Counted from the first letter of the stretch, positions 17,231-28,607 are shown. The stretch is 44,099 nt of DNA from an uncultured Bacteroidia bacterium (GCA_938040915.1 CALHZE010000252.1:1-44099); one strand, 5' to 3'. The notes: generated from the sequence alone by a model not told the origin. Numbers and translations: made by a program.

Positions 17231-18169
17231 TTACCGTTGGTAAAAACGCTCTAAGACACGTAGGCTACAGAAATCTTCCAATAGTGGATTGAAGAATTGA
17301 GCGCAATATGTATTGGCGTTTTCTATGATCGTATTTGCCTCTGCTGGGTGCGCTAGGTAATAGCGCAGCTGTTCTTCGAGGTCTGCATAGTCGGCACGGA
17401 TCTCGATGTAGTGTTCGCCACCTCTCAGCCGTCCCTCCATAAACCATGTCTCTATGGTCGGGCGCGGCATTACGGCTATGGAGTGAGACGACATAATCCA
17501 TTTGAGATTGGTTGCTACGTCGTTCCCTTGCAAACTTAAGATGAATTTGTAGTCGAGGTGTTGAGGTATTGTCTTTTTAGGACGATGCCATTCGGGGCGT
17601 CCTATCCCGTTTTTTCCGACATCGCCTAATTCGCATAGGGGATGCCCGAAATACCTGTCAAAGAACGCGTAACGGTGTTGTTGATAGATCGCCCCCATCC
17701 CGATAAGCCGGTCTTGTTTCTCTTCCCACCTCTTCTTGTCGCGAACCCATACAAAATGTCGCGCTTTATCCATATTCAGCAAGACACTGTTCTTATTGTC
17801 TGAGGTGATTGGACGGCTTTTGACAAGGGAAGGAATGGATGGGATAGCGGTTACATCCCCAAAAAGGAAGTCTATCGGGAGCGTCGCAGCACAAAAGCGA
17901 GCATACTCGTAGGTATCAAAGTAATAAGCCTTGGGGGACTTCGGGTGACGGAGGTCGCCTATGACGTGAGTTTTTGAAAAGGGGAGACCGACTAAGGAGG
18001 CGCAATAGTACCTAGCTCGCTCCTCGGCAAGAGCGAGTTGTGTCGTAGAGAGCTGAGATGCTAAGTCGCGAAGTTGAGATGAAAGCGTCTTTTTCGTCGG
18101 AAAGACGCTGTACCAGTACCCGCGGAGATAGTAAGGGAGTTTGCTCCTTTTGAGAATTCGTTTTTGCAT
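17231..18169 (-). CDS. Glycosyltransferase family 90 / CAP10-like (lipopolysaccharide-modifying, LpsA-like) protein
   Basis: 312 aa. The C-terminal half (YKFILSLQGNDVATNLKWIMSSHSIAVMPRPTIETWFMEGRLRGGEHYIEIRADYADLEEQLRYYLAHP) matches the pattern I associate with the CAP10/GT90 domain. No signal peptide is evident. Confidence 0.6.
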   Translation of the reverse strand: MQKRILKRSKLPYYLRGYWYSVFPTKKTLSSQLRDLASQLSTTQLALAEERARYYCASLVGLPFSKTHVIGDLRHPKSPKAYYFDTYEYARFCAATLPIDFLFGDVTAIPSIPSLVKSRPITSDNKNSVLLNMDKARHFVWVRDKKRWEEKQDRLIGMGAIYQQHRYAFFDRYFGHPLCELGDVGKNGIGRPEWHRPKKTIPQHLDYKFILSLQGNDVATNLKWIMSSHSIAVMPRPTIETWFMEGRLRGGEHYIEIRADYADLEEQLRYYLAHPAEANTIIENANTYCAQFFNPLLEDFCSLRVLERFYQR

Positions 18170-18275
18170 GTCGTAGTTCCTTGTCTAAACAAAAGTAGAA
18201 CAAACTCGGGTAAGTAGATCTTGAGTTGCCTCTCCTTGTGGAAAAATGCTGAACCGATACTCTTTTAGCTAAACA

Positions 18276-18307
18276 TTTGGTAGTGTGGATTATTGTGTTT
18301 ACCTTTG
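18276..18307 (+). promoter_or_regulatory. Candidate promoter of the ribosomal superoperon (-33 TTTG, 20-nt spacer, -7 TAccTTTG)
   Basis: TTTG at 18276-18279 and TACCTTTG at 18300-18307, ending 34 nt before the rpsL ATG. Confidence 0.5.
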
Positions 18308-18341
18308 TGATTGTTTATTATAGCCAAGTGTACAGTTTACG

Positions 18342-18716
18342 ATGCCGACAATACAACAGTTAGTGAGAAAAGGTCGTACGGTTTTAGAGACGACAAGTAA
18401 AGCACCTGCGTTAGATGCTTGCCCCCAGCGTCATGGGGTTTGTGTACGTGTATATACGACGACACCCAAGAAGCCGAATTCTGCGATGCGTAAGGTCGCT
18501 CGTGTGAAATTGTGTAACGGTAAGGAAGTGAATGCGTATATCCCAGGAGAAGGACATAATTTGCAGGAACACTCGATTGTATTAGTTCGTGGTGGTCGTG
18601 TGAAGGATTTGCCAGGGGTACGTTATCACTTGGTGCGAGGCACGCGTGATGCGTCGGGTGTAGAAGCTCGTCGTCAACGTCGTTCGAAGTATGGCGCTAA
18701 GCGTCCGAAGAAATAA
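18342..18716 (+). CDS. rpsL: 30S ribosomal protein S12
   Basis: [12 protein letters not shown]...[15 protein letters not shown]... Confidence 0.97.
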   Translation: MPTIQQLVRKGRTVLETTSKAPALDACPQRHGVCVRVYTTTPKKPNSAMRKVARVKLCNGKEVNAYIPGEGHNLQEHSIVLVRGGRVKDLPGVRYHLVRGTRDASGVEARRQRRSKYGAKRPKK

Positions 18717-18743
18717 GTCTGTTGAGAGGAAAGTTTTTTTACA

Positions 18744-19220
18744 ATGAGAAAGAGTAAGCCAAAAAAGCGAGTATTGTTACCAGATCCTACCTATTCAGAC
18801 GTAGAGGTAACTCGTTTTGTCAATCATTTGATGTATGATGGCAAGAAGAGTATTGCGTTCGGGATTTTCTACGAAGCAATCGATCTGGTTAATGAGAAGA
18901 TGACTGTTGAAGGCAAGTCTGCGTTGGATATTTGGCGGGAGGCGCTTTTGCGCGTAACTCCTCAGCTGGAGGTTCGTAGTCGCCGTGTTGGGGGGACGAA
19001 CTTGCAGGTACCGCAGGAAGTTCGCCCAGAGCGTAAGGTTAGCTTGGCTATGAAAAATTTGATCGCGGCTGCACGCAAACGCTCGGGGCACAGTATGAGT
19101 GAAAAGCTCGCAGCCGAAATTATGGCGGCATATAATGGTGAAGGACAGGCGTATCGTCGTATGGAGGAACTCCATAGAATGGCGGAAGCTAATAAGGCCT
19201 TCGCGCATTTTAGACGATAG
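18744..19220 (+). CDS. rpsG: 30S ribosomal protein S7
   Basis: 158 aa; position after rpsL; the ending ...[10 protein letters not shown] is typical of S7. Confidence 0.95.
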   Translation: MRKSKPKKRVLLPDPTYSDVEVTRFVNHLMYDGKKSIAFGIFYEAIDLVNEKMTVEGKSALDIWREALLRVTPQLEVRSRRVGGTNLQVPQEVRPERKVSLAMKNLIAAARKRSGHSMSEKLAAEIMAAYNGEGQAYRRMEELHRMAEANKAFAHFRR

Positions 19221-19258
19221 TTTTGTTTTTAGGTAGGCTTGTTTAGTGTGAAGGTCAG

Positions 19259-21376
19259 ATGGCTAGGGATTTATCTTTGACTCGTAACGTGGGGGTTATG
19301 GCGCATATTGATGCGGGTAAAACCACCGTTTCTGAGCGTATGTTGTTCCTCTCTGGTAAAATTCATAAGATAGGGGAGACGCATGACGGAAACTCCACGA
19401 TGGACTCTGATAAGCAGGAGCGGGAACGTGGGATTACGATTGCTTCTGCCGCAACAACGTTTTATTGGAACTGTGCGGGGAAGCAGTTTCAGTATAATTT
19501 GATTGATACGCCAGGGCACGTAGACTTCGCGGTCGAGGTCGAACGTTGTCTGCGTGTGCTTGATGGCGCTATTGCTGTCTTCTGCGCTGTTGGTGGGGTG
19601 CAGCCTCAAAGTGAGTCTGTGTGGCGTCAGTCGGAACGTTATGGGGTGCCCAAGATCGCATTTGTTAACAAAATGGATCGTAATGGGGCTAACTTCCAGA
19701 ACGTGGTCTCTCAGATGGCGGATCGCTTACATGTCGTTCCTTGCCCTATCTTCCTTCCTATTGGTCATGAGTCCTCGTTTCGTGGCGTGATTAACGTGAT
19801 TACGGGGAAGGCTTTTGAGTGGACTCCGAATCCCGATCCTAAGGGGTATCCGATTATGCAGAGTTGTGACATTCCTCAGGATATGTTAGAGGAAGTGAAG
19901 GCAGCGCGTTATCATCTCATGGAGTCTATTGCCGTGGCAGACGATGAGTTCATGATGAAGTTCCTCGATGCTACCGATTCGATTACGGAAGAGGAGATTA
20001 TTCGTGTGACGCGCAAGGCGACGCTCGAACGCAAGATCATCCCTGTCTTGTGTGGTTCTGCAAAGCAGGATATCGGGGTTGAGTGTCTGATGGATGCTGT
20101 GAGTCTTTATCTTCCTAGTCCGTTGGATCGCGGTGTCCTAGAGGCGATGAATGCCGATAACCCTGAGGAAAAGGAAACACGCGAGATCTCTCCCAACGAA
20201 GCCTTTAGTGGTCTTGTCTTTAAGATCATACAAGGGGATCACGGATCTTTGGTCTTTGTGCGAGTATATAGTGGACAGTTGCATCCGGGGGACACGATTT
20301 ATAATATGCGTTCCCGTCAGAAAGTCCGTGTGAGTCGTCTTGCTCAGCTGAATGCGGCAAAACAGATTAGCATAGATTTCTGTGACGCGGGTGATATCTG
20401 TGCGTTGATTGGTGTTAAGGATTTGAAGACGGGCGATACGCTTTGTGATGAAAAGCGGAAGCTTCTGCTCTCTGCAATAAACTTCCCTGAGCCGGTTATT
20501 AAGCAGGCGGTTGAGGCAAAGTCACAATCGGATGTCGCTCTGTTGGAAAAGGGGTTGCAGATTATTGCAGAAGAGGATCCTTCCTTCAAGTTCTATACCG
20601 ATGAAGAGAGTGGGCAGACAATTATCGCCGGTATGGGTGAGTTGCATCTTGAGGTGCGTATGACGGAATTAGACGAGCGCTTTGGTCTAAAGGTGAATCT
20701 CGGTGCGCCTCAAGTTTCTTACCGTGAAGCGATTACCACTACGGTAAATCACCGTTCTGTTTATAAGAAGCAAACGGGGGGGCGTGGTAAGTTTGCCGAT
20801 ATCATCTTCGACATGTCGCCGGCTGACGACGGAGTTGAGGGATTGCAGTTTATTAACGAAGTTACTGGAGGGAATATTCCGAAGGAATTTATACCATCAG
20901 TACAGAAGGGTTTTGAGTCTGCTCTGAAGAATGGTCCTCTTGCTGGCTATGAGATGTCAAGTCTTAAGGTCGTTTTGAAGGATGGTTCGTTCCACCCAGT
21001 AGACTCTGACCAAATCTCGTTTGAGTTGTGTGCACGTCAGGCTTTCCGTGAGGCTTGTGAAAAAGCAAACCCTGTTTTGCTTGAGCCTATGATGAAGTTG
21101 ACTGTCACGACTCCGGATGAGTATGTGGGGGATATTCAGGGAGATATCAACAAGCGGCGTGGGATGATTGTGAATGTTGCGGGCGAGATGAATGCGCAAG
21201 ACATTACGAGTATGGTGCCGCTAGCCAATCTCTTTGGTTACATCACCGTGTTACGTACTCTTAGTCAAGGTCGTGCTTACTCTACTATGGAGTTTGACCA
21301 TTTTGAGCCTTTGCCTGAGGGGTTAGCTAAGGAAGTGATAGAGAAAAGAAATGCTGCGAAGAGCGGCAAGAAGTAA
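19259..21376 (+). CDS. fusA: Elongation factor G
   Basis: 705 aa; [22 protein letters not shown]; str operon context. Confidence 0.97.
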   Translation: MARDLSLTRNVGVMAHIDAGKTTVSERMLFLSGKIHKIGETHDGNSTMDSDKQERERGITIASAATTFYWNCAGKQFQYNLIDTPGHVDFAVEVERCLRVLDGAIAVFCAVGGVQPQSESVWRQSERYGVPKIAFVNKMDRNGANFQNVVSQMADRLHVVPCPIFLPIGHESSFRGVINVITGKAFEWTPNPDPKGYPIMQSCDIPQDMLEEVKAARYHLMESIAVADDEFMMKFLDATDSITEEEIIRVTRKATLERKIIPVLCGSAKQDIGVECLMDAVSLYLPSPLDRGVLEAMNADNPEEKETREISPNEAFSGLVFKIIQGDHGSLVFVRVYSGQLHPGDTIYNMRSRQKVRVSRLAQLNAAKQISIDFCDAGDICALIGVKDLKTGDTLCDEKRKLLLSAINFPEPVIKQAVEAKSQSDVALLEKGLQIIAEEDPSFKFYTDEESGQTIIAGMGELHLEVRMTELDERFGLKVNLGAPQVSYREAITTTVNHRSVYKKQTGGRGKFADIIFDMSPADDGVEGLQFINEVTGGNIPKEFIPSVQKGFESALKNGPLAGYEMSSLKVVLKDGSFHPVDSDQISFELCARQAFREACEKANPVLLEPMMKLTVTTPDEYVGDIQGDINKRRGMIVNVAGEMNAQDITSMVPLANLFGYITVLRTLSQGRAYSTMEFDHFEPLPEGLAKEVIEKRNAAKSGKK

Positions 21377-21390
21377 ATAGGTGTTTTTCG

Positions 21391-21702
21391 ATGAGTAACG
21401 AAAAGATTCGTATCAAATTAAGTTCGTACGATCATAACCTGTTAGACAGCGCAGTGGAACGTATTGTGAAAACTGTGAAGTTGTCAGGCGCTGTGGTTTG
21501 CGGACCGATACCGTTGCCGACACATCGTCGGATCTTTACGGTAAATCGTTCGACGTTTGTAAACAAGAAGTCGCGGGAGCAGTTCCGTCTTGACTCTTAC
21601 AAGCGTTTGTTGGATGTTTACAACCATGGGACACAGACCGTTAGTGCGCTCATGAAGTTGGAACTTCCTAGTGGTGTTTCTGTCAAGATTGAGGTAAAGT
21701 AA
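21391..21702 (+). CDS. rpsJ: 30S ribosomal protein S10
   Basis: 103 aa; [14 protein letters not shown]...; first gene of the S10 block. Confidence 0.95.
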   Translation: MSNEKIRIKLSSYDHNLLDSAVERIVKTVKLSGAVVCGPIPLPTHRRIFTVNRSTFVNKKSREQFRLDSYKRLLDVYNHGTQTVSALMKLELPSGVSVKIEVK

Positions 21703-21711
21703 GGGGGGAAG

Positions 21712-22332
21712 ATGGCAGGAATTATTGGTAGAAAGGTGGGTATGACTTCGGTTTTCGATGCCGAGGGGCATAATATCCCATGTACGGTCATTGAGGCGGG
21801 ACCGTGTGTTGTGACACAGGTTCGGACTCTCGAGAATGATGGATATGTTGCTTTGCAGCTAGGCTTTGCAGAAAAGAAAGAGAAGAACACAACGAAGGCT
21901 CTCTTGGGGCATTTTGCTAAGGCGAATACAACTCCGAAGCGTTGTCTTGTCGAATTCAAGGATTGGGACAAAGACTATCAGTTAGGAGATGTGATTAGCT
22001 TGGGAGAGCTTTTCGAAGGCGTCGAGTGGGTCGATATCCAAGGAGTGTCTAAGGGTAAAGGTTTTCAAGGCGTGGTAAAGCGTCATGGTTTTGCCGGCGT
22101 CGGAGAAATTACTCACGGTCAGCATAACCGTCAACGTGCTCCGGGTTCTGTAGGAGCGTCTTCTTATCCGAGTCGAGTTTTCCCAGGCTTGCGTATGGCG
22201 GGACAAACAGGAGGCAATAAGGTAACGGTATCGAATTTGCGCGTCATTCGTATTATTCCAGAATCGAATCTTTTGTTGGTAAAAGGGTCGATCCCCGGTG
22301 CAAAGGGCTCGTATGTTATCATCAATAAGTAG
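21712..22332 (+). CDS. rplC: 50S ribosomal protein L3
   Basis: [16 protein letters not shown]...; 206 aa. Confidence 0.95.
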   Translation: MAGIIGRKVGMTSVFDAEGHNIPCTVIEAGPCVVTQVRTLENDGYVALQLGFAEKKEKNTTKALLGHFAKANTTPKRCLVEFKDWDKDYQLGDVISLGELFEGVEWVDIQGVSKGKGFQGVVKRHGFAGVGEITHGQHNRQRAPGSVGASSYPSRVFPGLRMAGQTGGNKVTVSNLRVIRIIPESNLLLVKGSIPGAKGSYVIINK

Positions 22333-22348
22333 TTAGGGGGTGCTGTCA

Positions 22349-23002
22349 ATGGATTTGAAAGTTTTGAATAAGGCAGGGCAGCCCACTAGCAACGTGGTGA
22401 CATTGCCAGATTCTATATTCGGCGTGGCGGAGAATAACCATATCCTTTATATGGCTGTCCGTCAATTCCTTGCGAACCAACGTCAGGGTACGCATAAGTC
22501 TAAGGAGCGTAGTGAGCTTTCAGGTAGTACTCGGAAGTTGAAGCGTCAGAAGGGGACAGGGGGCGCGCGAGCAGGGGATATCAATTCTCCTTTGTTCAAG
22601 GGAGGAGCGCGGGTTTTTGGTCCTCGTCCTCGTGATTATCGTTTTAAGTTGAATAAGCAGGAAAAGGATCTTGCGCGTCGTTGTGCTTTGAGTAACCGTG
22701 CGCAGAACAATGCGGTTCTTGTGGTAGAAGATCTCTCCTTCGAGAAACCAAGTACTAAGGAATTTGTGCAGTTGTGTAAAAATCTGGGTATCTCGACAAA
22801 GCGCTCGCTTTTCTTGCTCCCAGAAGCTGATTCTTTTGTATCTTTGTCGGCAAGAAATTTGGGTCTCGTGCGGGTGATGCCGGTTGATTTGCTTAATGCT
22901 TACCGTGTTTTGGAAGCTCAGGTAGTTGTTATGACGGTGAGTGCTTTGGGAGAGTTGTCATCTTGTTTTGCTAAAGAGGAGTCGGTAGAGGGAAATGAGT
23001 AA
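22349..23002 (+). CDS. rplD: 50S ribosomal protein L4
   Basis: I use ATG 22349 (MDLKVLNK...). The ORF track starts 9 nt earlier at a GTG. Operon order supports the call. Confidence 0.9.
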   Translation: MDLKVLNKAGQPTSNVVTLPDSIFGVAENNHILYMAVRQFLANQRQGTHKSKERSELSGSTRKLKRQKGTGGARAGDINSPLFKGGARVFGPRPRDYRFKLNKQEKDLARRCALSNRAQNNAVLVVEDLSFEKPSTKEFVQLCKNLGISTKRSLFLLPEADSFVSLSARNLGLVRVMPVDLLNAYRVLEAQVVVMTVSALGELSSCFAKEESVEGNE

Positions 23003-23297
23003 GTTGGGTAGTATTTTGATACGTCCTGTCATTTCAGAGAAGATGACAAAGCAGGCAGAGCGTCTGCATCAGTATGCGTTTATCGTATCGATGAAGGCGA
23101 ATCGTATCGAGATTGCTAAGGCGATAGAGGATTTTTATGGCGTACGTGTTGAGTCTGTGAATACGCTGCGTTATGCAGGTAAGTTGCGCGCTCGTAGTGC
23201 ACGTCAAGTGCCGGTCATCGGTCGTACCGCGAATTTCAAGAAAGCGATCGTGACGATTCACAAGGACGATACAATTGATTTCTTTAGTAACATTTAG
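22995..23297 (+). CDS. rplW: 50S ribosomal protein L23
   Basis: 100 aa; [12 protein letters not shown]...; overlaps the rplD end by 8 nt. Confidence 0.92.
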   Translation: MSKLGSILIRPVISEKMTKQAERLHQYAFIVSMKANRIEIAKAIEDFYGVRVESVNTLRYAGKLRARSARQVPVIGRTANFKKAIVTIHKDDTIDFFSNI

Positions 23298-23299
23298 GG

Positions 23300-24142
23300 A
23301 TGGCTGTTCGTAAGTTAAAACCGGTTACGCCCGGTCAACGTCACCGCAGTGTAAGTAGCTTTGCAGAGATTACGACGAGTCGTCCGGAAAAGTCTTTGCT
23401 TGCTCCCATTAAGAGCTCTGGGGGACGTAATAATACAGGGAAGATGACTATGCGCCATATTGGCGGAGGTCATAAGAGACGTTATCGTATCATCGATTTT
23501 TGCCGTGAACGGGATGGGGTGAATGCGACGGTGAAAACGATTGAATATGACCCGAATCGTTCGGCACGTATTGCGCTCGTATGTTACCCTGATGGTGAGA
23601 AGCGTTATATCGTTGCACCTAATGGGTTGCAGGTTGGGCAGAAAATCTTGTCGGGACGAGGGGTAGATCCTGAGGTTGGGAATACTCTTTACTTGTCTGA
23701 TATTCCGCTCGGGACATCTATCCATAATGTAGAATTGCGACCTGGGGCAGGGGCAGCACTTGTGCGTAGTGCAGGAACTGTGGCTGTCTTGTTGGCAAGG
23801 GAAGGGAAGTATGCAACGTTGCGTATGCCGAGTGGTGAGATCCGGAGGATCTTGTTGACTTGTAAGGCTACTATTGGGCAGGTTTCGAACGTTGAACATA
23901 ACTTGGAAAAGGCTGGTAAGGCAGGTCGTAGTCGTTGGTTGGGGATACGTCCGCATACTCGAGGTGTCGCGATGAACCCAGTAGATCACCCCATGGGTGG
24001 TGGTGAAGGAAAGGCGTCGGGGGGACATCCTCGTTCGAGAAAGGGTCTTTTGGCTAAGGGTTATAAGACTCGTAAGATGAAGAAACCGTCGTCTCGTTTC
24101 ATTGTCGAGCGTCGTAAGAGTGGTAATGGCAAGAAGGCTTAA
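23300..24142 (+). CDS. rplB: 50S ribosomal protein L2
   Basis: [15 protein letters not shown]...GGGHKRRYR...[12 protein letters not shown]. Confidence 0.97.
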   Translation: MAVRKLKPVTPGQRHRSVSSFAEITTSRPEKSLLAPIKSSGGRNNTGKMTMRHIGGGHKRRYRIIDFCRERDGVNATVKTIEYDPNRSARIALVCYPDGEKRYIVAPNGLQVGQKILSGRGVDPEVGNTLYLSDIPLGTSIHNVELRPGAGAALVRSAGTVAVLLAREGKYATLRMPSGEIRRILLTCKATIGQVSNVEHNLEKAGKAGRSRWLGIRPHTRGVAMNPVDHPMGGGEGKASGGHPRSRKGLLAKGYKTRKMKKPSSRFIVERRKSGNGKKA

Positions 24143-24154
24143 TTAGTTTAGAAA

Positions 24155-24427
24155 ATGAGTCGTTCGATAAAGAAAGGGGCTTTTATTGCTTACAAGCTGG
24201 AGCGTCGCATCTTGGCGATGAATGAGAAGAATGTTAAGCAGGCAATAAAGACTTGGTCTCGAGCATCTATGATCTCTCCGGATTTTGTGGGACATACGAT
24301 TAGTGTGCACAACGGGAATAAGTTTATCCCTGTCTACATTACAGAGAATATGGTAGGACACAAGCTCGGAGAGTTTGCTCCTACACGTACGTTCCGCGGA
24401 CATGCCGGAAATAAGAAGGGCAAATAA
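24155..24427 (+). CDS. rpsS: 30S ribosomal protein S19
   Basis: [10 protein letters not shown]...[28 protein letters not shown]. Confidence 0.96.
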   Translation: MSRSIKKGAFIAYKLERRILAMNEKNVKQAIKTWSRASMISPDFVGHTISVHNGNKFIPVYITENMVGHKLGEFAPTRTFRGHAGNKKGK

Positions 24428-24449
24428 GTCGAGGGGAAGGGGTTTATAA

Positions 24450-24899
24450 ATGGGAAATAGAAAAGCGTTATCTGCTCAACGCAGAGCTGAGGCTAATAAG
24501 GAGCGGAGTTTTGCTATTTTGCGTAATTGTCCTTTGTCGCCTCGGAAGGTGCGTCTTGTAGCTGATATGATTCGGGGTGTCGAGGTGAACCGAGCGTTAG
24601 GTTTGCTTCGTTATTCGACGATGGGGAGTGCGCCACGTGTAGAGAAACTTCTTGTTTCTGCTCTGGCGAATTGGGGCGTGAAGAACCCAGGTAAGGATGT
24701 TGATAGTGAAGAACTCGTGGTGCGGACGATCATGGTTGACGAAGGGCGTACGCTCAAGAGGATTCGTCCTCGTGCCCAAGGGCGTGCTAACAGGATCTTG
24801 AAGCGTTCCTGCCACGTTACGTTAGAGGTCGGAGCGCCTATTAACGAATCTAAGAATACGCGTGTGTCCGTAGAGGCTAATGTAGAAACAGGGAAGTAG
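24450..24899 (+). CDS. rplV: 50S ribosomal protein L22
   Basis: 149 aa; SPRKVRLVADMIRG; operon order. Confidence 0.93.
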   Translation: MGNRKALSAQRRAEANKERSFAILRNCPLSPRKVRLVADMIRGVEVNRALGLLRYSTMGSAPRVEKLLVSALANWGVKNPGKDVDSEELVVRTIMVDEGRTLKRIRPRAQGRANRILKRSCHVTLEVGAPINESKNTRVSVEANVETGK

Positions 24900-24902
24900 G
24901 AG

Positions 24903-25661
24903 ATGGGACAAAAGGTAAATCCGATCGGTAATCGTTTAGGGATTATTAAGGGTTGGGATTCTAGTTGGTACGGGGGGAATGATTATGCGGCCAACTTGGC
25001 TCAAGATGCCAAGATTCGTCATTATCTCCGTGAGCGTTTCGACAAGTCTGGTGTTTCAAAGATTGTGATAGAGCGTACTCTTAAGCTTGTGACTGTCACG
25101 ATTCATACGGCGCGCCCAGGCTCTATCATTGGTCGTGGTGGGCAGGAAGTAGATTCGTTGCGAGGCGAGTTGAGTAAGCTTACCAAAAAAGCACTGAATG
25201 ATGTGCAGGTTAATATCTTCGAGGTGAAACGTCCGGAGTTGGATGCTTATCTCGTAGCGAAAAATATTGCTCATCAGTTGGAAGGTCGCGCTTCGTTCCG
25301 TCGTGCGATGAAGATGGCAGTGGCGGCAACTATGCGTGCAGGAGCTGAGGGGATTAAGGTACAGATCGCTGGTCGTGTCGGTGGAGCAGAAATGGCGCGT
25401 ACTGAAACGGTAAAGGAGGGGCGTATTCCTCTTCATACATTCCGAGCAGATATTGATTATGCGCTCGCGGAAGCAGCAACAAAGGTTGGTATCATCGGGG
25501 TGAAGGTTTGGATTTTCCGTGGTGAAGTGTATGGACGTCGCGATTTGTCTCCTAATTTTGGAGTGAATTCACAGGCAGGATCTCAGAATCGTGGTTCTCG
25601 TGGAGGACGTTCGGATAATAATCGCAGGTCAGGGAATCGATCTGGACGTGGTGAACGTTAA
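24903..25661 (+). CDS. rpsC: 30S ribosomal protein S3
   Basis: [20 protein letters not shown]...; Arg/Gly-rich C-terminal tail. Confidence 0.96.
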   Translation: MGQKVNPIGNRLGIIKGWDSSWYGGNDYAANLAQDAKIRHYLRERFDKSGVSKIVIERTLKLVTVTIHTARPGSIIGRGGQEVDSLRGELSKLTKKALNDVQVNIFEVKRPELDAYLVAKNIAHQLEGRASFRRAMKMAVAATMRAGAEGIKVQIAGRVGGAEMARTETVKEGRIPLHTFRADIDYALAEAATKVGIIGVKVWIFRGEVYGRRDLSPNFGVNSQAGSQNRGSRGGRSDNNRRSGNRSGRGER

Positions 25662-25678
25662 TACTTGGAGCGAGAAAA

Positions 25679-26119
25679 ATGTTACAACCGAAGAAAACGA
25701 AGTTTAGGAAGCAGCAAAAGGGGCGTATGAAGGGACTCGCGCATCGCGGTCATCAGCTCGCTTTTGGCTCTTTCGGGATTAAGACATTACAACAAGCCTG
25801 GTTGACAGGACGTCAAATAGAAGCAGCTCGTCAAGCAGTTACGCGTTATATGAAGCGTGAAGGGCAAATTTGGATTCGTGTGTTTCCTGATAAGCCTATT
25901 ACGAGTAAGCCGGCGGAAGTCCGAATGGGGAAAGGGAAGGGGGCGCCGGAAGGTTTTGTAGCCCCTGTGACTCCAGGTCGTATCATTATCGAAGCGGATG
26001 GAGTGCCCTTAGAAGTAGCAAGAGAAGCACTACGCTTAGCAGCTCAGAAGTTACCCGTGGTAACTAAGTTTGTGGTTCGTAGAGATTTTACAGAGAACAG
26101 TGAGGTGTTTGTACGATGA
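25679..26119 (+). CDS. rplP: 50S ribosomal protein L16
   Basis: [19 protein letters not shown]... Confidence 0.96.
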   Translation: MLQPKKTKFRKQQKGRMKGLAHRGHQLAFGSFGIKTLQQAWLTGRQIEAARQAVTRYMKREGQIWIRVFPDKPITSKPAEVRMGKGKGAPEGFVAPVTPGRIIIEADGVPLEVAREALRLAAQKLPVVTKFVVRRDFTENSEVFVR

Positions 26120-26322
26120 AGTCTAAAGAAATTTTGGAGATCCCCTTAAACGAGTTAGCCGAGCGGATCGAGAGTGAGCGGGCTCGCTTAGATCGTTTAC
26201 GGATGACGCATGCGGTGACGCCGTTGGAGAATCCTATGGAGTTACGGGCTTGTCGTCGTACGATAGCTCGCATGCTCACGATTCAGGCAGAGCGTCAGCG
26301 TCTTGAAAAGACAGAGAAGTAG
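26116..26322 (+). CDS. rpmC: 50S ribosomal protein L29
   Basis: 68 aa; ATGA start/stop overlap with rplP; operon order. Confidence 0.9.
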   Translation: MKSKEILEIPLNELAERIESERARLDRLRMTHAVTPLENPMELRACRRTIARMLTIQAERQRLEKTEK

Positions 26323-26335
26323 AGGGAGTTTAGTA

Positions 26336-26602
26336 ATGGCAGTAGAGTTAGTACGTAATCTGCGCAAGGAACGTCAGGGAGTCGTTGTGAGCAACAAAAT
26401 GGAGAAAACCATCGTCGTTGCTATCGAACGGCGAGTACGTCATCCGAAGTATGGTAAATTCGTAAAACGAACCACAAAGTTGTATGCTCATGATCCTGAG
26501 AATACTTGCAATGTGGGAGATGTTGTACGGATTATGGAGACGCGTCCATTGAGTAAGACGAAATGTTGGCGTCTTGTGGAAATAATAGAAAGAGCTAAAT
26601 AG
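26336..26602 (+). CDS. rpsQ: 30S ribosomal protein S17
   Basis: I use ATG 26336 ([28 protein letters not shown]...). The ORF track begins at an upstream TTG that overlaps rpmC. Confidence 0.92.
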   Translation: MAVELVRNLRKERQGVVVSNKMEKTIVVAIERRVRHPKYGKFVKRTTKLYAHDPENTCNVGDVVRIMETRPLSKTKCWRLVEIIERAK

Positions 26603-26604
26603 CG

Positions 26605-26973
26605 ATGATTCAACAGGAAACGCGGCTGGCGGTCGCCGATAATAGTGGGGCTAAGGAGGTGTTGTGTATTCGCGTATTGGGGGGTACAAAGCGTCGTTAT
26701 GCTTCTTTGGGGGATAAGATCGTTGTCAGTGTAAAGAGTGCAATCCCGAAAGGGAATGTTAAGAAGGGGGATGTCTTTAAGGCTGTCGTGGTTCGTGTTA
26801 CGAAAGAGGTAAGACGTCAGGATGGTTCTTACATCCGTTTTGATGAGAATGCGTGTGTCCTTTTGAACAAGTCAAAGGAAGAAATGATTGGCACGCGTAT
26901 CTTTGGACCTGTTGCTCGCGAATTGCGCGAGAATTACGCAAAGTTAGTATCTTTAGCTCCTGAAGTTTTGTAG
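26605..26973 (+). CDS. rplN: 50S ribosomal protein L14
   Basis: [27 protein letters not shown]... Confidence 0.97.
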   Translation: MIQQETRLAVADNSGAKEVLCIRVLGGTKRRYASLGDKIVVSVKSAIPKGNVKKGDVFKAVVVRVTKEVRRQDGSYIRFDENACVLLNKSKEEMIGTRIFGPVARELRENYAKLVSLAPEVL

Positions 26974-26990
26974 TAAATTTGTGAGAGTGA

Positions 26991-27335
26991 ATGAAGAGCC
27001 TTTTGAATGAGAAAAAACGCAAAACACGCATCCGTAAGGGAGACGTCGTGTGCGTGATTTCTGGGAGCTATAGGAATCGGAGAGGGCGTGTTTTGCAGGT
27101 TTTTCCGAATGAGGAGCGTGCCATTGTTGAAGGAGTTAATATGGTAACGCATCATGACAAACCATCTGCTCAAAACACGCAAGGAGGAATTGTGAAGCGC
27201 GAGGCGTCGATCCATATCTCAAATCTATCTCTGATAGACCCAGACAGTGGTAAGCCGACACGTATTGGACGTCGTCGTGATGATAGCGGCAAGTTGATTC
27301 GTTATTCTAAGAAGTCCAATAAGGAGATCCGTTAA
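26991..27335 (+). CDS. rplX: 50S ribosomal protein L24
   Basis: 114 aa; KOW-like IRKGDVVCVISGSYRNRRGRV; operon order. Confidence 0.92.
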   Translation: MKSLLNEKKRKTRIRKGDVVCVISGSYRNRRGRVLQVFPNEERAIVEGVNMVTHHDKPSAQNTQGGIVKREASIHISNLSLIDPDSGKPTRIGRRRDDSGKLIRYSKKSNKEIR

Positions 27336-27889
27336 TGAGGTATATTCCTACATTGAGTCGTCGTTACTCAGAGGAGATCGTGCCTAAAATGATGAAGGAT
27401 TTTGGGTACAAGAGTGTGATGCAGGTTCCGCGCTTGGTTAAGATTGTCTTGAATCAAGGTGTAAAAGGTGCTACTGATGACAAGAAGCTTGTCGAGCAAG
27501 CTCAAGGGGATTTGAGTAACATCGCTGGACAACACGCAGTTATTACAAGAGCAAAGAAGGATATCAATGCATTCAAGGTTCGTCGTAATATGCCTATCGG
27601 GACGATGGTCACGTTGCGGCGGGAGCGGATGTATGAGTTCTTAGACAGGTTGATTAACGTCTCCTTACCGCGTATTCGCGATTTTCAAGGTGTGCCGGAA
27701 CGTATGGATGGACGTGGTAACTATACACTTGGAATTGCAGAGCAGATTCTTTTCCCCGAGATCGATATTGACAAGATCGCTAAACTCATGGGGATTGAGA
27801 TTACATTTGTGACTAGTGCGAACAGTGATGAGGAAGGGTTAGCTCTTTTACGGGAGTTTGGTATTCCTTTTAAAACGAAGAAAAGTTAA
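27335..27889 (+). CDS. rplE: 50S ribosomal protein L5
   Basis: 184 aa; [13 protein letters not shown]; TAATG overlap with rplX. Confidence 0.95.
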   Translation: MRYIPTLSRRYSEEIVPKMMKDFGYKSVMQVPRLVKIVLNQGVKGATDDKKLVEQAQGDLSNIAGQHAVITRAKKDINAFKVRRNMPIGTMVTLRRERMYEFLDRLINVSLPRIRDFQGVPERMDGRGNYTLGIAEQILFPEIDIDKIAKLMGIEITFVTSANSDEEGLALLREFGIPFKTKKS

Positions 27890-27890
27890 T

Positions 27891-28160
27891 ATGGCAAAGG
27901 AGTCTATGAAGGCGCGTGAAGTGAAACGCGCGCGTTTGGTTGCTCGATATGCAGAGAAGCGCAAGCGACTAGTGGAAGCGAACGATAGTGTTGGACTTCA
28001 GAAGTTGCCGAGAAATTCGAGTGCAACTCGATTGCACAATCGTTGTAGCATGAGTGGGCGACCGCGCGGTTACATGCGTCAATTTGGTATTAGCCGTATT
28101 ACATTTCGTGAGATGGCTTCGCAGGGGTTGATTCCGGGTGTAAAGAAAGCAAGTTGGTAG
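27891..28160 (+). CDS. rpsN: 30S ribosomal protein S14 (long form, no zinc-binding Cys cluster)
   Basis: I use ATG 27891 ([24 protein letters not shown]...). The protein ends ...[11 protein letters not shown] and is 89 aa. Confidence 0.93.
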   Translation: MAKESMKAREVKRARLVARYAEKRKRLVEANDSVGLQKLPRNSSATRLHNRCSMSGRPRGYMRQFGISRITFREMASQGLIPGVKKASW

Positions 28161-28178
28161 ATATTAAGAGGGATAATA

Positions 28179-28577
28179 ATGGTTACAGATTCCATCGCAG
28201 ACTACTTGACTCGCATTCGTAACGCGGTGCGGGCAGGTCATCGGGTTGTAGAGATTCCATCTTCTAAGATAAAACTGAGTATTACTCATATATTGTATAC
28301 TCAGGGTTTTATTTTGAATTACAAGTATGAGGAAGATGGGCGACAGGGGATGATTAAGATCGCTCTAAAAATAGACCCTCGGTCGCGAGTTAATGCAATA
28401 AAGAATTTGCATCGTGTGAGTCGTTCAGGGTTGCGTCATTATGCGGGGGTAGAAAAGTTGCCTCGCGTTTTGAATAATATGGGGATTGCTATAATCTCTA
28501 CCTCGCAAGGTGTAATGACAGATAAGGAGGCGCGTAAGCGTGGTATTGGAGGGGAAGTCCTCTGTATTGTGTATTAG
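28179..28577 (+). CDS. rpsH: 30S ribosomal protein S8
   Basis: MVTDSIADYLTRIRNA... Confidence 0.96.
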   Translation: MVTDSIADYLTRIRNAVRAGHRVVEIPSSKIKLSITHILYTQGFILNYKYEEDGRQGMIKIALKIDPRSRVNAIKNLHRVSRSGLRHYAGVEKLPRVLNNMGIAIISTSQGVMTDKEARKRGIGGEVLCIVY

Positions 28578-28607
28578 TTTTTCGACAGTTTAGAGAAGGT
28601 TATATAG

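Noticed and set aside
13411-18200. The idea that tRNA-Cys marks a genomic island containing ugd, the MCP gene and the GT90 gene.
   Set aside because: I could find no integrase or recombinase, no direct repeat of the tRNA 3' end, and no mobile-element genes. The segment is bounded by ordinary housekeeping genes. It remains possible but is unsupported.
23315-24028. Long reverse-strand ORFs inside the ribosomal protein genes: 23315-24028 (237 aa), 28698-29309 (203 aa), 34833-35426 (197 aa), 33375-33896 (173 aa), plus many shorter ones.
   Set aside because: They lie fully antisense to confidently identified, highly conserved genes (rplB, rplF/rplR, rpoA, rpsM/rpsK). Their translations are low-complexity, Arg/Ser/Thr-rich, and have no recognisable motifs. 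These are typical shadow ORFs produced by codon bias.
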